Assembly (NCBI GenBank): GCA_016748015.1
Contig: JAAOMT010000630.1
Span: 345,585-409,584, forward strand
Reading direction: 5' to 3'
Length of the DNA: 64,000 bases
Source of the DNA: Geosiphon pyriformis uo1
Lineage: Eukaryota > Fungi > Glomeromycota
Both the position numbers and the translations under genes were made by a program. The notes beneath the pieces are model-generated. The model worked only from the letters and a program-made list of their open reading frames with translations. It was not told the origin of the DNA and did not search any database. Every line of letters begins with the position of its first letter. Position 1 is the first letter of the stretch. This document shows positions 25,298 through 39,362 of the stretch, piece by piece.

Positions 25298-26392
25298 ATG
25301 TCCGACATTTCTAACTTTCAAATAAAATTTTGTGCAGATATTGGAAAACTTCTAGAGCAAAACAATACATATGATGTAATTATTCATGTCTGTCAAGAAC
25401 CAAACATAAAAAAATATATGACCCATTCTCTTGTACTGTGTGCAAGGTCGCGTTACTTTCGCATCGGCCGATCAGCTACTTGGGCAAATAAAGAAGATGG
25501 AATCTTTGTATTCAAAAAGCCAAACATTTTACCAGAAGTGTTTGAAATTATTTTAAGGTATGTTCTAAAATATTTAGCGTTTAAGAAATATTTTTAAAAT
25601 ATACTGAAAATTTATTGGCCTTTTTTAAAAACGGGCTAGATTTTTATACAGTGCAACTATTGACTTGAAGAGTCATTCAGCTCCAGAAATTTTGAAACTT
25701 TTAGTTGCAGCTAATGAATTAGAATTGGATGATTTATCGACTTAGAACCACTGCTCTCTCTAGTCCGATGGAGAGAAATTGAGTTATCTGATTTTGATCA
25801 AAAGGTTTTGCCTTATAAGCGGGCATTGTGTGAATTAGAGTATACCAATTCAATCTACTTTGAAACCTCGATTACCAACTCAAATCGACTCCACTATAAT
25901 TGATAAGAAGATCGCAAGAGTAATCGGTAATTGGATTGCAGGAACGAACTCGATATCAGAGCAAAAGCATTCCTACAAATTTGAAAACTTGTTTTGCACC
26001 AGTCGAGATGGATTTAATCATCAAAGTTTTGATTGAAAATGTGATAACAAAGGACCTACAGTTACTATTGTAAAGCTTTCATCGAGCAATACTATTGTTG
26101 GCGGTTATAATCCTCTAAACTGGACCACTTATGGAAGTGTGGGAAGTTATAGGAATCCTTTTATTTTTCATTTTTCGGGCTTAACAAGTCGATCAGGGGA
26201 GATTTGTCGAGCCATTCAGCGTGCCCACTACCCTTTTTGTGACTATCCTGGTTATAAGCCAATTTTTGGTGGGAGAAAATGGTTCTCTATAAATAAAATT
26301 GATTATAATTTTCATAGTAGATTCCTTCCCCTAATGGAGGAATTTATGATGTGCAAAAATATGAAGTTTTTCGAGTTTTAGTGAAGAATTAA
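25298..26392 (+). pseudogene. BTB-BACK-TLDc pseudogene B5 (exon 1 25298..25557 open; exon 2 from 25640 has deletions and stops)
   Basis: A 337-bp frameshifting deletion relative to B4 at about 25741 removes most of BACK. There is a second deletion near 25830, a TGA near 26034 and a diverged TLDc tail ending YEVFRVLVKN*. Confidence 0.9.
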
Positions 26393-26769
26393 AATTAAAT
26401 TTTTTCCCCTTGAGAAAAGTGGTAGCCAAAATTTTCCCACCCTGATATTCTAAGCTTATAAAACTCAATTATCTTTTTATAAATGTATTTTCATGTTTCC
26501 ATCGGTAAATTTATTAAGCTTTTGAATTTTTTCGCCATTCTCTAGTTAATTTTTAGCTTTTATCATAAAATGGCTAAATCAAGCTTAAATACATAATTTA
26601 AGACTATTTGTGTTGCTAAAATATTCAAATACGCTTAGCTAAAAAAATTGGCCGGTCTTATTGCTAAAATTTTACTATTTTTTTGAGAATATTTGAATCA
26701 AAGCTATAAATAAAGATAATTAAATTTGCGTATGAAAATTTCAAGATATTTTCTGGTCCTTGTTACAAT

Positions 26770-26895
26770 AAGAAGCCACCAAAAGTTCATCCTGATGTTT
26801 GACTAAAGATCACAAACAAAAACGAGTAAAATGAATGCAAAGCCACTTAAATAACAACTGAAATAATTATTTTACTAATGAAATCGCTTTTCAAA
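26770..26895 (+). mobile_element. Short Tc1 transposase fragment
   Basis: LTKDHKQKRVK*MQSHLNNN*..FTNEIAFQ aligns with LTEEHKQKCVEWAKKHLNDD*KRTVFTDETSFQ of the 5.4-6.4 kb transposase. Confidence 0.65.
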
Positions 26896-29830
26896 ATATA
26901 ACCAAAAATATTTACTTGAAGTGACTTTTTTATTAAAAAAAACTAAGTCTTTGTTTTAAAAGAATAATAAACGCGAAACTTTATGTTGAAAATTCGAAAA
27001 TCATATTTCAAAATTTTCGAAACAATAAAAAGGGCTAGCAGTTTCAGAAACTAACAATTCTAAACACACTAGTTGTTTTGCTTGATTATTCTTAGAATAA
27101 TAATATTTAATTTATGAACTGATTAATAAATAATTTGAATTCAAATTTTATTGAGAATTTATGAAATTTAATAAAAAAAGGTAATAAAATTATAAATAAG
27201 AAATTAAAATTATATTTTTAATAGTATAATACAATTCAATAAAATTAATAAAAACAAAAATGTGAAAAATTATAAAAAATAGCAAAAAAATTATATTACA
27301 ATTCTATAATAACATTATTATATATAATTTGGACAGAAAGTAAAAACACAAATTCAAAACATATTTATTTGAAATATCTTAATAATAATAATTTTTTCGC
27401 ATTTATGCATTATAAGTTTTCTTAAATACACTTTTTATATTTTTTTATTAACTTAAATAAAAATTAATTTTTATGATTTAACAATATTTGCTTTAAAATT
27501 TTGAATTGGTTGTAGCTCCTTAAGAATTTAATTTTCAAATTAAAAGTTAAAATTTTATAAAATTGGTTTTACAAGTAACTAAAAGTCTTTAAACTAAGTT
27601 TTTGGTTCTTTAAATACAAAAATACAAAAATAGTTTGTTGATATTTTTAATTATTTTTTCGTTTATTTTAAGATAATATTGCTTTTGTTAAAACCTGTAA
27701 TCTTAATTAATTACTAGTTATATAATTTGTTTATGAAAACCTGTTCAAAATTACATATTGTTATGGTTTTTTCAAAAATATTATAATATTACCTATAAAA
27801 ATATTAGCATTTTATAATTATAGAAATTTTTTTGAATAACCAAAAATAAAACAAATTAGTAATTCAATATATCAGTTAGAAATTAAATTTCCAAAACATT
27901 AAAACCATTTTAAATTTAATTAATATTGTGAATTATATAATAAATAACAAGTAAATTTTAACAATCTCAAAGAAAGCATTATTTTCATGTTATAATTAAA
28001 GTAACAACTGATAAATAACAAATAAAACAATAAAAAATATATTTAGACTCAAATTGCAATTGATAATTTTTTCAAAGAAAGTTTTACGGTTGCTTATAAT
28101 TCTATATTTTAATTGATATTTTTGAAATTTAATAACAAATTATTATTTTTTAACAGTTTTTTATTTAATGAATTATAAAACCACATTTTTTTATTTTTTA
28201 AATAAATTTAACAAATACCAATCAAAAAAATAAAAGTTGACTTTAATTTAAAGATAAAAAAATGTTAAAAATATAATGATAATTCCATAAATAGATAATT
28301 CTTTAGTTTTAAATACTTTTTACAGTTTTGAAAAATATTGTTTATATAACTCAAAAAAAAATTAGTAATCACATCAATTATTATATTAAAACGTAAGTTA
28401 ATATTCAACTTAATAATTAATTAACAATTAAGTTATTAATCAAGTTAATAATAAAATTAAAATTAAAATGACTAAATATGGAATATTAATAACTAATACA
28501 TGATTGATATAAATAAATATTAATTACTATAATATAATAATAAATTTTTTCAACTATAATCATACTTTCAATATATTTTTGATGTTAATTTAATTCAAAA
28601 AATATATAAATATTTTATATTAATGTTTATATAAACTGAAATTATAATCATATAATAATTAAATATTATCATTGTATTTTATTTTTGCTATTTAAATTAT
28701 CTTAATTATTTATCTTTTAATATTTAACTATTGTTTTTATTTATCAAATTTTTTGCTATTTGTTAATTTCTTATTTTAATCTGTAACAATATAAATTAAT
28801 ATTTATTGAAATGTTATTTTAATAAGAATTAATATTGATTAAATTAATAGTTTTGTTAATAAAAACATATTTTATATATAATTAAGTTAATATTAATTAC
28901 TATTTTCCAATTTTAAATATTTATGATTTTGGTTATTTTTTTGTTTTTAAGCCAAATTTTGTAGTTTATTTTAATAAAATTCTTTATTTGTAAAAATTAT
29001 AAAAATAATTAAAAAAGAGAAAACTTATTAGTTAAGAATTAATTAATTGCAAAACAAATAATTAGTTATAAATAAAACTAATTATGTAAAACCATTAAAA
29101 AAAATTATTATACATTTAAATATTACTTTATAATAAATTGGTTTATATATTAATTACAAAAAATGCATCTGATAATCTGACTTATTTGAGAATTTCATCG
29201 ATTGGAAAATCAAAAAATACGAAAAAATAACTGAATATTTTAAATGTTTAAATGATCTAATAAAATAGTATGATGCAAATAAAATTAAATAATATAAATT
29301 ACTTACAAATAAAACTGTTGGTTTAGTATTAGATATCTTATGTTATTTTCAATATCAGTTTAAACAATCAATTTAATTATTACTAGTTTCCCATTTTTAA
29401 ACTCATCTATTTTAATACATAGGAAAATTTTGAAAAGCACATAAATAAAATCCTAAATTTTAGATACTTTAATTTCTTTGTATTTTCTCATGAATTGTAA
29501 ACCAAATATCAGAAAACAGATGAGAAAGTTTGTGAAATTAACACTTTTATAGAAAAAAAGTCGCTTTCTTGGTTTCAATAAGTTAAAATTACCAATTTTA
29601 TTATTATTAAACATCAGGTTTAAAATTAAAATCTGAATACATTAAAATAACGTTACATCATTTTTAAGTCAAATTTGCCTATAGAAGTATGTAACATCTT
29701 TTTGAAGCTATAGTTATTGAATTTTATTCGTAAACAGATAACACGGGCTAGCAAATTGACGAAAACTTATAAAGCAAACAAATATTCATGTTAGATACCA
29801 CTCTTTAAAAGGAAGATCAAGTTAAATGCT

Positions 29831-31306
29831 TTATAAAACTCTAAAAACTTCATATTCTTGCATCTGATAGTTATTACCTGCACTAAAGGAAGGAAAAATA
29901 TTTGGATAACAATTCCCTGCAGAATGACGCCAATACGTCCGATTTATATGGAAATCATATCCACCACCAAAAGTTGGTCCATAACTAGGATTATTATAAA
30001 CAGCATTTTGGTAGGTGGTAACTCGACCAATCTTCCCTGATTGACTACTCGAATCCGAAAACTGAAAAATAAAAGTAGAATCCGAATTTTGGTAAGTTCC
30101 ATTACTGATCCAGTGTAGAGGATTATAAGCGCCAACAATAATATTGTATGATAAAAGCTTCACAATAGTAACTGTAGGTCCTTTGCTATCACATCTACTA
30201 TGAAAAGTTCTATCATTAAATCCATCCCGATTGGCGCGAAACAAGTTTTCAAATTTGTAAGAATGCTTTTGCTCTGATATCGAGTTCGTTCCTGCTATCC
30301 AATTACGATTACAGCTGCAATCTTCTTATTAATTATGGTGGAGTCAATTTGAGTTGCGGATCGAGCCTTCAAAGTAGATTGAATTGGTATACTCGAATTC
30401 AGATAATGCTCGATGATGCTTTTGTAAAGAGGCTTGGGTAGGACTCGCTTATAAGGCAAAACTTTTTGCTGAAAATTTAAAGACTTAATCTCTCCCCATC
30501 GGATTAGAGGGAGCAGCGGCTCTAAGGTAGCTGCTACTGTAGTGAAATCTTCTCGAGACCATTTAGAAACCTCCTTTCCTAAAGATGTGTGTTGTGCCGT
30601 ACCCCAATCAATTAAATACTCCCAAATTTTTATTTCTTCAATGTCAAGGTCATCCCGTTTCACGAGCATTAAAAGAATTGATCTGTCGATAGAGCGAAAA
30701 CCCTTTGATTCAAAAATTAATTTCGGGTTTGCACAAATAGCCTCGAGACAATAATCACGGAGGCTGTGACACGCTTCATGGCGGAAAACAATATCAAGCA
30801 CTTGCACGGGATCCTGGTGTAACCATTCACGTTTCTCTTTGATCAAGTATTGTTGTATATGAGCCGATAAATCATCCAATTCTAATTCATCAACTGCAAC
30901 CAAAAGTTTCAAAATTTCTGAACCTTCCTGACCTTTCAGGTCAACAGTTGCGCTGTATAAAAATCTATTAAGATTTTGAAAAAGTTTTAAAAAATGGTAA
31001 AGACATTTAAAAATAACCATCAATTACTAAATATTCGAAAGCATACTTTAAAATAATTTCAAAAACTTCGGGTAACATGTTTGGCTTTTTAAACATAAAA
31101 ATTCCATCTTTTTTCTTTGCCCAATCAGCTGATAGACCGATGCGAAAGTAACGCGACCTCGCACATAGTATAAGAGAATGGGCCTTGTACTTTTTCACGT
31201 TTGGTTCTTGACCGACAAGAATAATTACATCGTGTACATTATTTTGTTCCAGAATTTTTCCGATATCAGCGCATAGCTTTATTTGAAAGTTAGAAATCTC
31301 AGTCAT
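29831..31306 (-). pseudogene. BTB-BACK-TLDc copy B6 with a single 1-bp deletion at about 30306 (exons 31306..31047 and 30964..; 309-aa product lacking TLDc)
   Basis: + strand reads ccaattacgatt where the other copies have ccaattaccgatt. Frames on both sides of the deletion are otherwise open. Confidence 0.8.
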
Positions 31307-31500
31307 AATAAGTATGTTATTCTCGAGTTCCGTGGGCAAAGCAATAAGCTGGGGAGTTTTATAGCCAAAATCTAAAAAAGTATTATGCTTAAAATATATA
31401 GGGAAGGTCACATTTTGCGAAGAATAATCTATTCTGAAGATTTTTAGCACCAGCGCAATTATAGATGAGATTAGATTAGATTAGATTTGATGTTGATAAT
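31307..31500. repeat. B6 upstream region, inverted homologue of the B5 upstream region 25115..25297
   Basis: Shared tgcgctggtgctaaaaa.cttcagaatagattattct and ttagattttggctataaaa. Confidence 0.85.
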
Positions 31501-34500
31501 CATTAATTATTATGTAACGTTGTTTAAAATAAAATATCGCAATAAATTATCATTTAGCATACTATGTTTCAATAATCTGGTTATGTTAGAAAAATTTCAA
31601 ATAGTTCAAATATTGCCAAATTTTAAAATAAGTATTTTTTATTAATATAATATAATAAATATGTTATGGTTTAAATCAATAATTATTTAATATACATATA
31701 TAAGTTTTTCATTAATATAAAAAGTGAAAAATAAAAATTATAACGAATTTAATATAGTCAGTTATCATCATAAATTTTAATATAAATTTATATACAGGAA
31801 AAACATTAAATCATTGTTTAATAACTAAATAATAAATGTTTGACATAAATAAACACAATTAAAATTAAACATTAAATTTTTTATAATAAATTATATATCT
31901 TTTTGTTGATTTAAAACTCAAAGTTTATTAAATGAATTAAAAATTAATATTATAATTTTTATATTAAATTTAATATTCAGATAATAAAACTTGAAGTTTT
32001 GGTAAAAACGGTTTTTTAATATAAAACTTTAAAATTTACACATTCGAATTTATCAAAATAGAGATATATATTATAGTGTTAAATAACAGTTTTTTTAGTT
32101 TTTTGTTAGTTTTTATTCTGGTTTCATTTAAATATAGTTCTAATTTACTTTTTTTAACATTGCTTTAATTTTTTTTCAAATGTATTAAAAATAAAAAATA
32201 AAAAATATATAAAATAGTACACAAAAAATTAATTCATCTATTTTAGTTAATAATTTTTTGTTATAACAATAAAATAAACATATTCAAACTGATGAATTTT
32301 ATTATTAAAAAATATCAACACCATTATAAGATGTAGTCTTATTGTTCTCTACATGGATAAAATCAAACTTTTATAATAAATACAGCTTATGTAGTTTTAG
32401 TATGTGACCATTGATTTGGATTTAAGGTATTTATCTTTCAAACTAAAAAAATTTTAATGTTTTATTTCATTTAAATAATCTATGAATATTTGTTTATTAT
32501 AAATATGTTTTTGCATTTATTTTTTTATTGTCTTCTTATAAATATTATCTTCTCTTCTGTCACAATTTACATATTATATAATTTTTTATAGTTATCATAT
32601 AACCAGAAACTAACTTTCAAAACCACAAATATTTATAATATAAATTTTTTTTTATGTTTAAACTAATTAGAGCTTTTAAGCATATTAGTAATTACTTCAA
32701 ATATATTTGTTTTACACTTTTAATAAAGTATAATTATTATTTAAATAATATAACAAAAAATGTTACATATAAGTTTTTTATATATAATTAACCATTTGAA
32801 TTTATGTTAAAACTATTTTAATTAAATATCAAAAAAAATCTTTTTGTATTATTTTATCAATAATATAATTTATATTAAGTCTGCTTAAAAAAATACTAAT
32901 AAGTTTTATTATTAATTATATAAATAAGTTGAATTTTGCATTTTAATATGTAAAAATTTATTTCGAATTTTAAGTTTTAGTTAAATGTAATAAAATAAGA
33001 CATAATAAATTAAATGCTTAAATATAAAAAATAAAACTTACAAAATAATTTAAATATAATAAGCATTTTTAAATAAAACAAAAAACCAGTTTTATAGACT
33101 AAAAACCTAATACTCTAAACTTTAATAAATTTATAACAACACCAATATTTAAAATTTTTATATTAAATAAAACCTTTTTTAAAATATTAACTTTAATTAT
33201 AATAATATTAAAACTTAAAAATTACAATTACATGTTTTAGTTATAATAATTATTTTAATTATTTTTAATTAAATATATTATTTACTAAATTATTTACATT
33301 AACTATTCTATTTTCAAAATAATTATAAATTTTGTTAATTGTCTTTTTTACAAGTATATAAATCAAACTTTCTTGGTTTAAAAAGTATTTAATTATTTTA
33401 ATATTAAAAATATAATATAATTTTATTTTTCTTATATTCTTTTATTAAATATTTTTTTTCTTGATTGTATATTGTAAATCTTAGCAAAGTATTATTAAAA
33501 AAAATAAATATTGAAAAATACAAATAATATTTATTATTTAATATATATATATTTGTTTTTTATCAATTTTTTATTTTAATTTACAACAATAAGTTAATTT
33601 TAATATAAGTTTGAATAGCTTGATTAAATTTAATTCATGTTTATAATTGTTTAATATTAGTTACATAAATATTGAATGTACCACACTTTGTTAAAGTAAT
33701 AAATAAATTATAAAAACACAAAATTATAAAATAAAGTTTTATTATTACTCTTTTTTGCACACAAAATTGTTAAATTTTTTTATTTATCTTATAAAAAAAT
33801 GCCAATATTACCAATAGATATAAATATTGAAACTATATTTTTTTGAAGAAAAAACAAAAAAAATAAAATATATTTTTGTATTAATTATGCTTTTGTAGTA
33901 TTTGACATCATATAAAAAAATTTTTCAACCATATTTTAATTAGCTGTAATAATTAATTTAAATAACATTTTAATATTTAAAAAAAAAAAAAAAAAAACGC
34001 AATTATTGTGTATAATTGGTATAAAAAAAATTGCCAAATTAAACTTTAATCAAACTAGAAACATGTAAATTTTAAATTTTTTAGAATTAATAATAAAAAA
34101 TGAGCTTTAATTGCATCTGCAATTAAAATTTACTGTTTAATAATAAATAAAGTAATAAAATAATTTTTATATTTAATATTTGTGAAAAATATTGAATTAT
34201 TTTGAATGTTTTAATTAAAGAAATAATTATTTATTTTGAATAATAATTCTTTGTTTTAAAATTTAGGTTTTCTATTTATTTTTTCTGATAAATTGTTTTT
34301 AACGCTTATTTAATTATAAATAGTTGTTTTTAAAAGAATTATTTAAACTTTTATTGCAAAATAGTTATATCTAATTTAAGGAACTGTTTTTTATTTATTA
34401 CCATGTTTAATTTTAAATAAAATTGTAAGTAATATGCAAATTACTTTTGCTATAAACTTGATTAATTGCTAATTGATTCAATAGATTAAAAATTAATATA

Positions 34501-37060
34501 TAATAAATATTGGTTTTAATAATAATTTTATTCGGTTTATAATAATTTACAGATATTTCAATTAATAATTTATATCAATGAATTATGACAGCATAATGTT
34601 TAGTTGAAACTTCAAATTATATAGCAGTGATTAATTGTAACCAATGTGATGATTATTTGACAAATTTGCAATTCTATTTTATTTTAAAAATAATACTGGT
34701 GTTTTAACAAATAAGTATAAATGTTAAATAAAGATTCTAACAAATTTTCATTAATATATTCACAAAATCCAGCTAATTTTGGTTCAGAAAATTTATAAAT
34801 TGATTTAAAATAAAAATTGTATATTTTTATTTAATCAATAAAACAATTATATGAACGATATTTTGAGCAAAATATTTGTTTTTATTAACAAAACGGTTAT
34901 AAAATTTTTGTATTTTTTAAAAACCATTATTGATTTTGAATTCGGTCTTGAATAAATCATACTAAATAATATATTTTTAATTTTGTTTAGCAATTTGAAT
35001 AAATAGTGTTGTTTTAATAAATACATATTTATTTCAACTTGTTTGGCTGTTAATAAAGTAGTTTTTATTGTGTTCTATTTTGCATGATTGCAATCACTTA
35101 AATTGACATAAAGTAGCTAAAAATATTAAATTAATTTGAATTATTATATTAATAATAGTTATTCATAATATATTAACTTTTTATGTTTTAAATATATTTT
35201 AGTTAAATCAATTAATAATTTTTTATAATTTTAATTAGACTTTGATATTAATGAATTATTAGATTTTTTAAATTTCACTAATTAAAAAATATCAAATTAT
35301 AATTAATTGCAACAATTGTCAACAGTTGTTGTAATTATAGCTATTTGTTAAAGTTGTAATAATTGTGGCAAAATCAATTGTAAAAATTTTAATCATTGCC
35401 AATTAATAAAATAAAATAAATGATTTAGTTAATAATCAAGTCAATAATAAAGTTGGGAATTTGATGAATAATTGAATCAACCATCAAGTTATGAATCATA
35501 TTAATGATTTAGAAAATAAATAATTTTAAAAATAAGATGTAAAATATATATTTGAATTAGTAAAATTATTCAAGTTTTTTAATCAAGCATTATTATTTTT
35601 AAGTTTTAAAAACATTTCAAAAATTATTATTTGATAGTTGTTAAATATATTGAAACTTTTATTTAATCATATCAAATATTAAAAATTTTATATATAAAGT
35701 TTAATAAAAAAATAGTTTAAGAAAGATATTATGAGTTTATGAATTTATTAAATTATTAAAAATATTTTTTGGTAATTATTATTTATTAGCAAATATGATA
35801 AAATATTAATATAAATGATTTTATTAACCATTATTATTTAACTTAAAATTAATTACAGAAAATTTTTTACGTGAATAAAGTTTTTAAGATTGAATACAGC
35901 ATCATGTTCTGGTCAAAGTATAGATTTTCATTAGCAAGTATTCAATTTAACTTTATACTATGAAATCAAAACTACACAATATATTATCATTAGGATTGGA
36001 TAAAAAAAACATTGACATATGAGATTTGCGTACTACATGTATGACAACATTAGAGCTTATCGATTTCTTTCCTTGCATGTTTTACTAAATCATAAAGTAG
36101 AATTTGTTCTTTGTTTGAAAAAGTGGTCATACATACATATATACACTTAATAAAGATGGGTTAGTACATATAATCTTTCTAAAAAGCATTTTCTGAATAA
36201 AAAATCCTGATACTTTTATACTTTAAATACGCAGTTAATTGTAAAAACTTGCAATTTTCAAAATCATCCAATCAAAACCAAATAATTTTTTAATTAGAAC
36301 CATGTTTCAAAATCAAATCCAAGAGACCATAAGCAAAACAATAAATTTACTTTTTTGATTCTAACATTGAATCATTTTATGTTGTCAATAAATAAAGTTC
36401 AAGATCCCCATTTCTTATATGAATAACGATTTAAATTCAATTAAAATTTTCTATTGTTTTTTCTTTTGTTTTTTTCAAGCTTTTTAATTCTTTTGATTTT
36501 ATTTATTTTTCAATATACGAAGATTGAAACTCAAATTCGCTTGATGAAAAAATAACTAAAATCATATTCGAAAATTTTCAAAATGATTTTTAAAAATTCT
36601 ATCCCAATTTTCATTCAATTTTTGATTCTTAGATAAAATTAAATAATATAATTTTAAATTAAACATAATTCTTAATTTCTTGAAATTCAAATCAAATCAA
36701 ATTTAAATTGGCATATATAATGATTCAAACTAAAATCTCAATTAATTACAGAAAACAATGATTATTTAATTGTAAAAAAAAACTATTTCAGATATTATTT
36801 AATAAAAAATTTCATTCTTTACAATAATCATGTTCTTTTTTTTATTATCATCATAATATAATAAAAGATAAATCATCAATTCACGTATGAGTGGCCAAAA
36901 ACTTGAATTTTTTTAATATTTAAGTAAAATTAATCAAAAAAATTTTCTTGTCAAAAATTTACACTTAAAAGATTTACACTTTTGATAATTTATTTAGTAT
37001 AAAGTTCAAGATTAACAGATATTGGTACCTAATCTCTCGAATTTTGATACATCTTCATCC

Positions 37061-39362
37061 CTAATCTTTTTTACCTAATTCCCATAATCCTTCTCTCTCT
37101 CTTTTGTAACTATCAAATTCTTCATCACTCTTTCCAACACTGTTTTTCTCATCACCATCAATATTCCTATTATAATTATGATCACTGTTTTTATCATCCT
37201 CATTATCATCATTATCATCATTATCGTCATCTTCATTATCAAAATATATCCGAGCACGTTGCATCGCCTCGAAATATCTAATCGGTAAATGGTTTCTAAA
37301 AAAAGTAGGTAACACTCGTTCAATCCAGATTAAAGGACTCCCAACAGGATGTTTGTAATTCGGTTCAGTACGAAAAACGTCTTTTCTACTGAACCACGGT
37401 TTACCATTTCGACAAAATTTTGATTCGGTTTCACTGTCAGCCACTTTCCCTTCACTATCTAAAGAATTCCATCCAAACATCGAATATAATGAATAATTTC
37501 TTCTTTTTCGTTGTACAACGACCGGCTCAATTGCATTATCAAAAGAATCCCAAGTTGATACAGGTTTCCTACCATCCCGGAAAAACCTCATTCCTTCACC
37601 AACATGTGCATAATTTAAAAGATTCATCTTGTTGATGAAACGTCTGATGCTAGGATCTTCATAGCCTGGTGGTAATTTCGTGATAATATCTGTATCATTT
37701 ATTACTCGCCATAACATATTCGGCCTATCGAAAGGATCATTTGCAGCAGCTGCAAAATGTGCCGCAAAATCTGCATCACCGATAGCTGGAGTACCAAATA
37801 GATATCCATCTCGTAAAATACAATTCTCATCAAGATCTGAAGGTGACTGAAGGAGGCGAGAGTAGAATAGAGTTCCTAGAGCAGCACCTAGTGAATGTCC
37901 TGTCACCCAAAGATTTATCGGTTGAGAATGTTCATTACTTGATGATGATGATGACAATTTTGATAATGAGCGAATTTGTAAAGCTTTAGCACGAACTGCT
38001 CTTATGATTGTTATGTATGGACTTGTTGCATGGCCTCTTGAACTTTTGTGACCTGCATCTGGAAAGAGGGACGTATAGAATCCTTCATGAATTTCCCCAA
38101 ACACGAATCCTCTTTAAGAGTGAAACATTATGAGAGTAGTGAATTGTTTCATAGATATTATAAGCAATATTATTAATAAAAAAAACTATAGATTTTTATT
38201 TTAAACGTTTTGCATTTCAAAAAAATAAAAAAGTACCTCGCATCAACACGTTGAATCATCAAATCCACCAAAAAATCTTCAAAGTTAGTCGGCGTCGTTC
38301 CTTTAAATACAACCACAATGAATCGATGTGCATATGACCAAAACATTCCAGCGAAGGGTCCACCCAAAGAGTTTAATTCCGATAACGAAGTAAATTCTAA
38401 TCCCCACTGATCGGCTTGCTTGTGTATGCGAGCTTCACTTTCTCTCAATTGTCGATTCACCTCCTCGAAAGCTTCTGGAGTTCGTTTTACTTTATTTTTA
38501 GAGAGAGATGTAATCATTTTATGAGCATTACGAACCATCGTATCATCACGTTCATATACAATCGCTGACATGAGAAGTAGAGTTTCGGCGATATCGAGAT
38601 TAAAGGGTCGAGTTTTCTTTTGGGTGCTTGTATCAGATTTTGCGGCCTCGTGTTGGTAAGCTGTTGTGGAGGGCAGGGGTTGGTCTAACCCTAGAATACC
38701 ATCATTTACTATGTCACGAACTTCTTCCGAGAATATTCTTGGATCCCCTGGACATTATGAAATATAATGAATTTGAGTGTTTGTAATTTGATTGAGGGAA
38801 TTATTAATTCGTTGAAATTATTCGATTGTAATCGAAATCGCTAAAATCTACTAGCTAATTCAAATGAATAAAAACACGCTTCGTATCTGTACTCACACCA
38901 ATTAACAGGAGTCAAACCATCACCCCATTTTTCTGAAACTCTGTTCAACACGTTTCCAAATCCACATAAAAAAGCCATATGTAATGATAACTCAATAATC
39001 ACCAAAGAAACTACAATAGCGGGAAACACGGTAATGGTCAACATAAAATTCACTGGATGAAAAATTGGCATTGACCAATCAAATAATACTGTTAATAATA
39101 AATTTCGTATAGCACGATGAACATAAACTACATAAGTTAACGAAGGAAAAAGTGTGGGAAGAGAAGTGAATGATTGGGTAGCTGTTGATTTATGTTCTGG
39201 TGTTTGTGTTAAATCTTTTAGATGAGGACTGGCATCTTTATAATGCTTTACGTGGCCATTTAGAAGTGGAATTGATGTTTCACGATGGGGCTGAGAGGTT
39301 GAAGGTTGAGGTGGATTTGGCCTTTTGGGATTTTGATTTTGATTTGATTTTTGAGCCGACAT
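37061..39362 (-). CDS. Class 3 lipase (alpha/beta hydrolase) with an N-terminal hydrophobic region; exons 39362..38897, 38747..38237, 38111..37061; 675 aa
   Basis: IVVVFKGTTP, GEIHEGFY, nucleophile elbow VTGHSLG, YLFGTPAIGD, RVINDTDIITKLP and RNHLP. Two GT-AG introns join in frame (PVNW-WDPRIF; VDAR-GFVFG). Acidic D/N tail. Confidence 0.9.
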
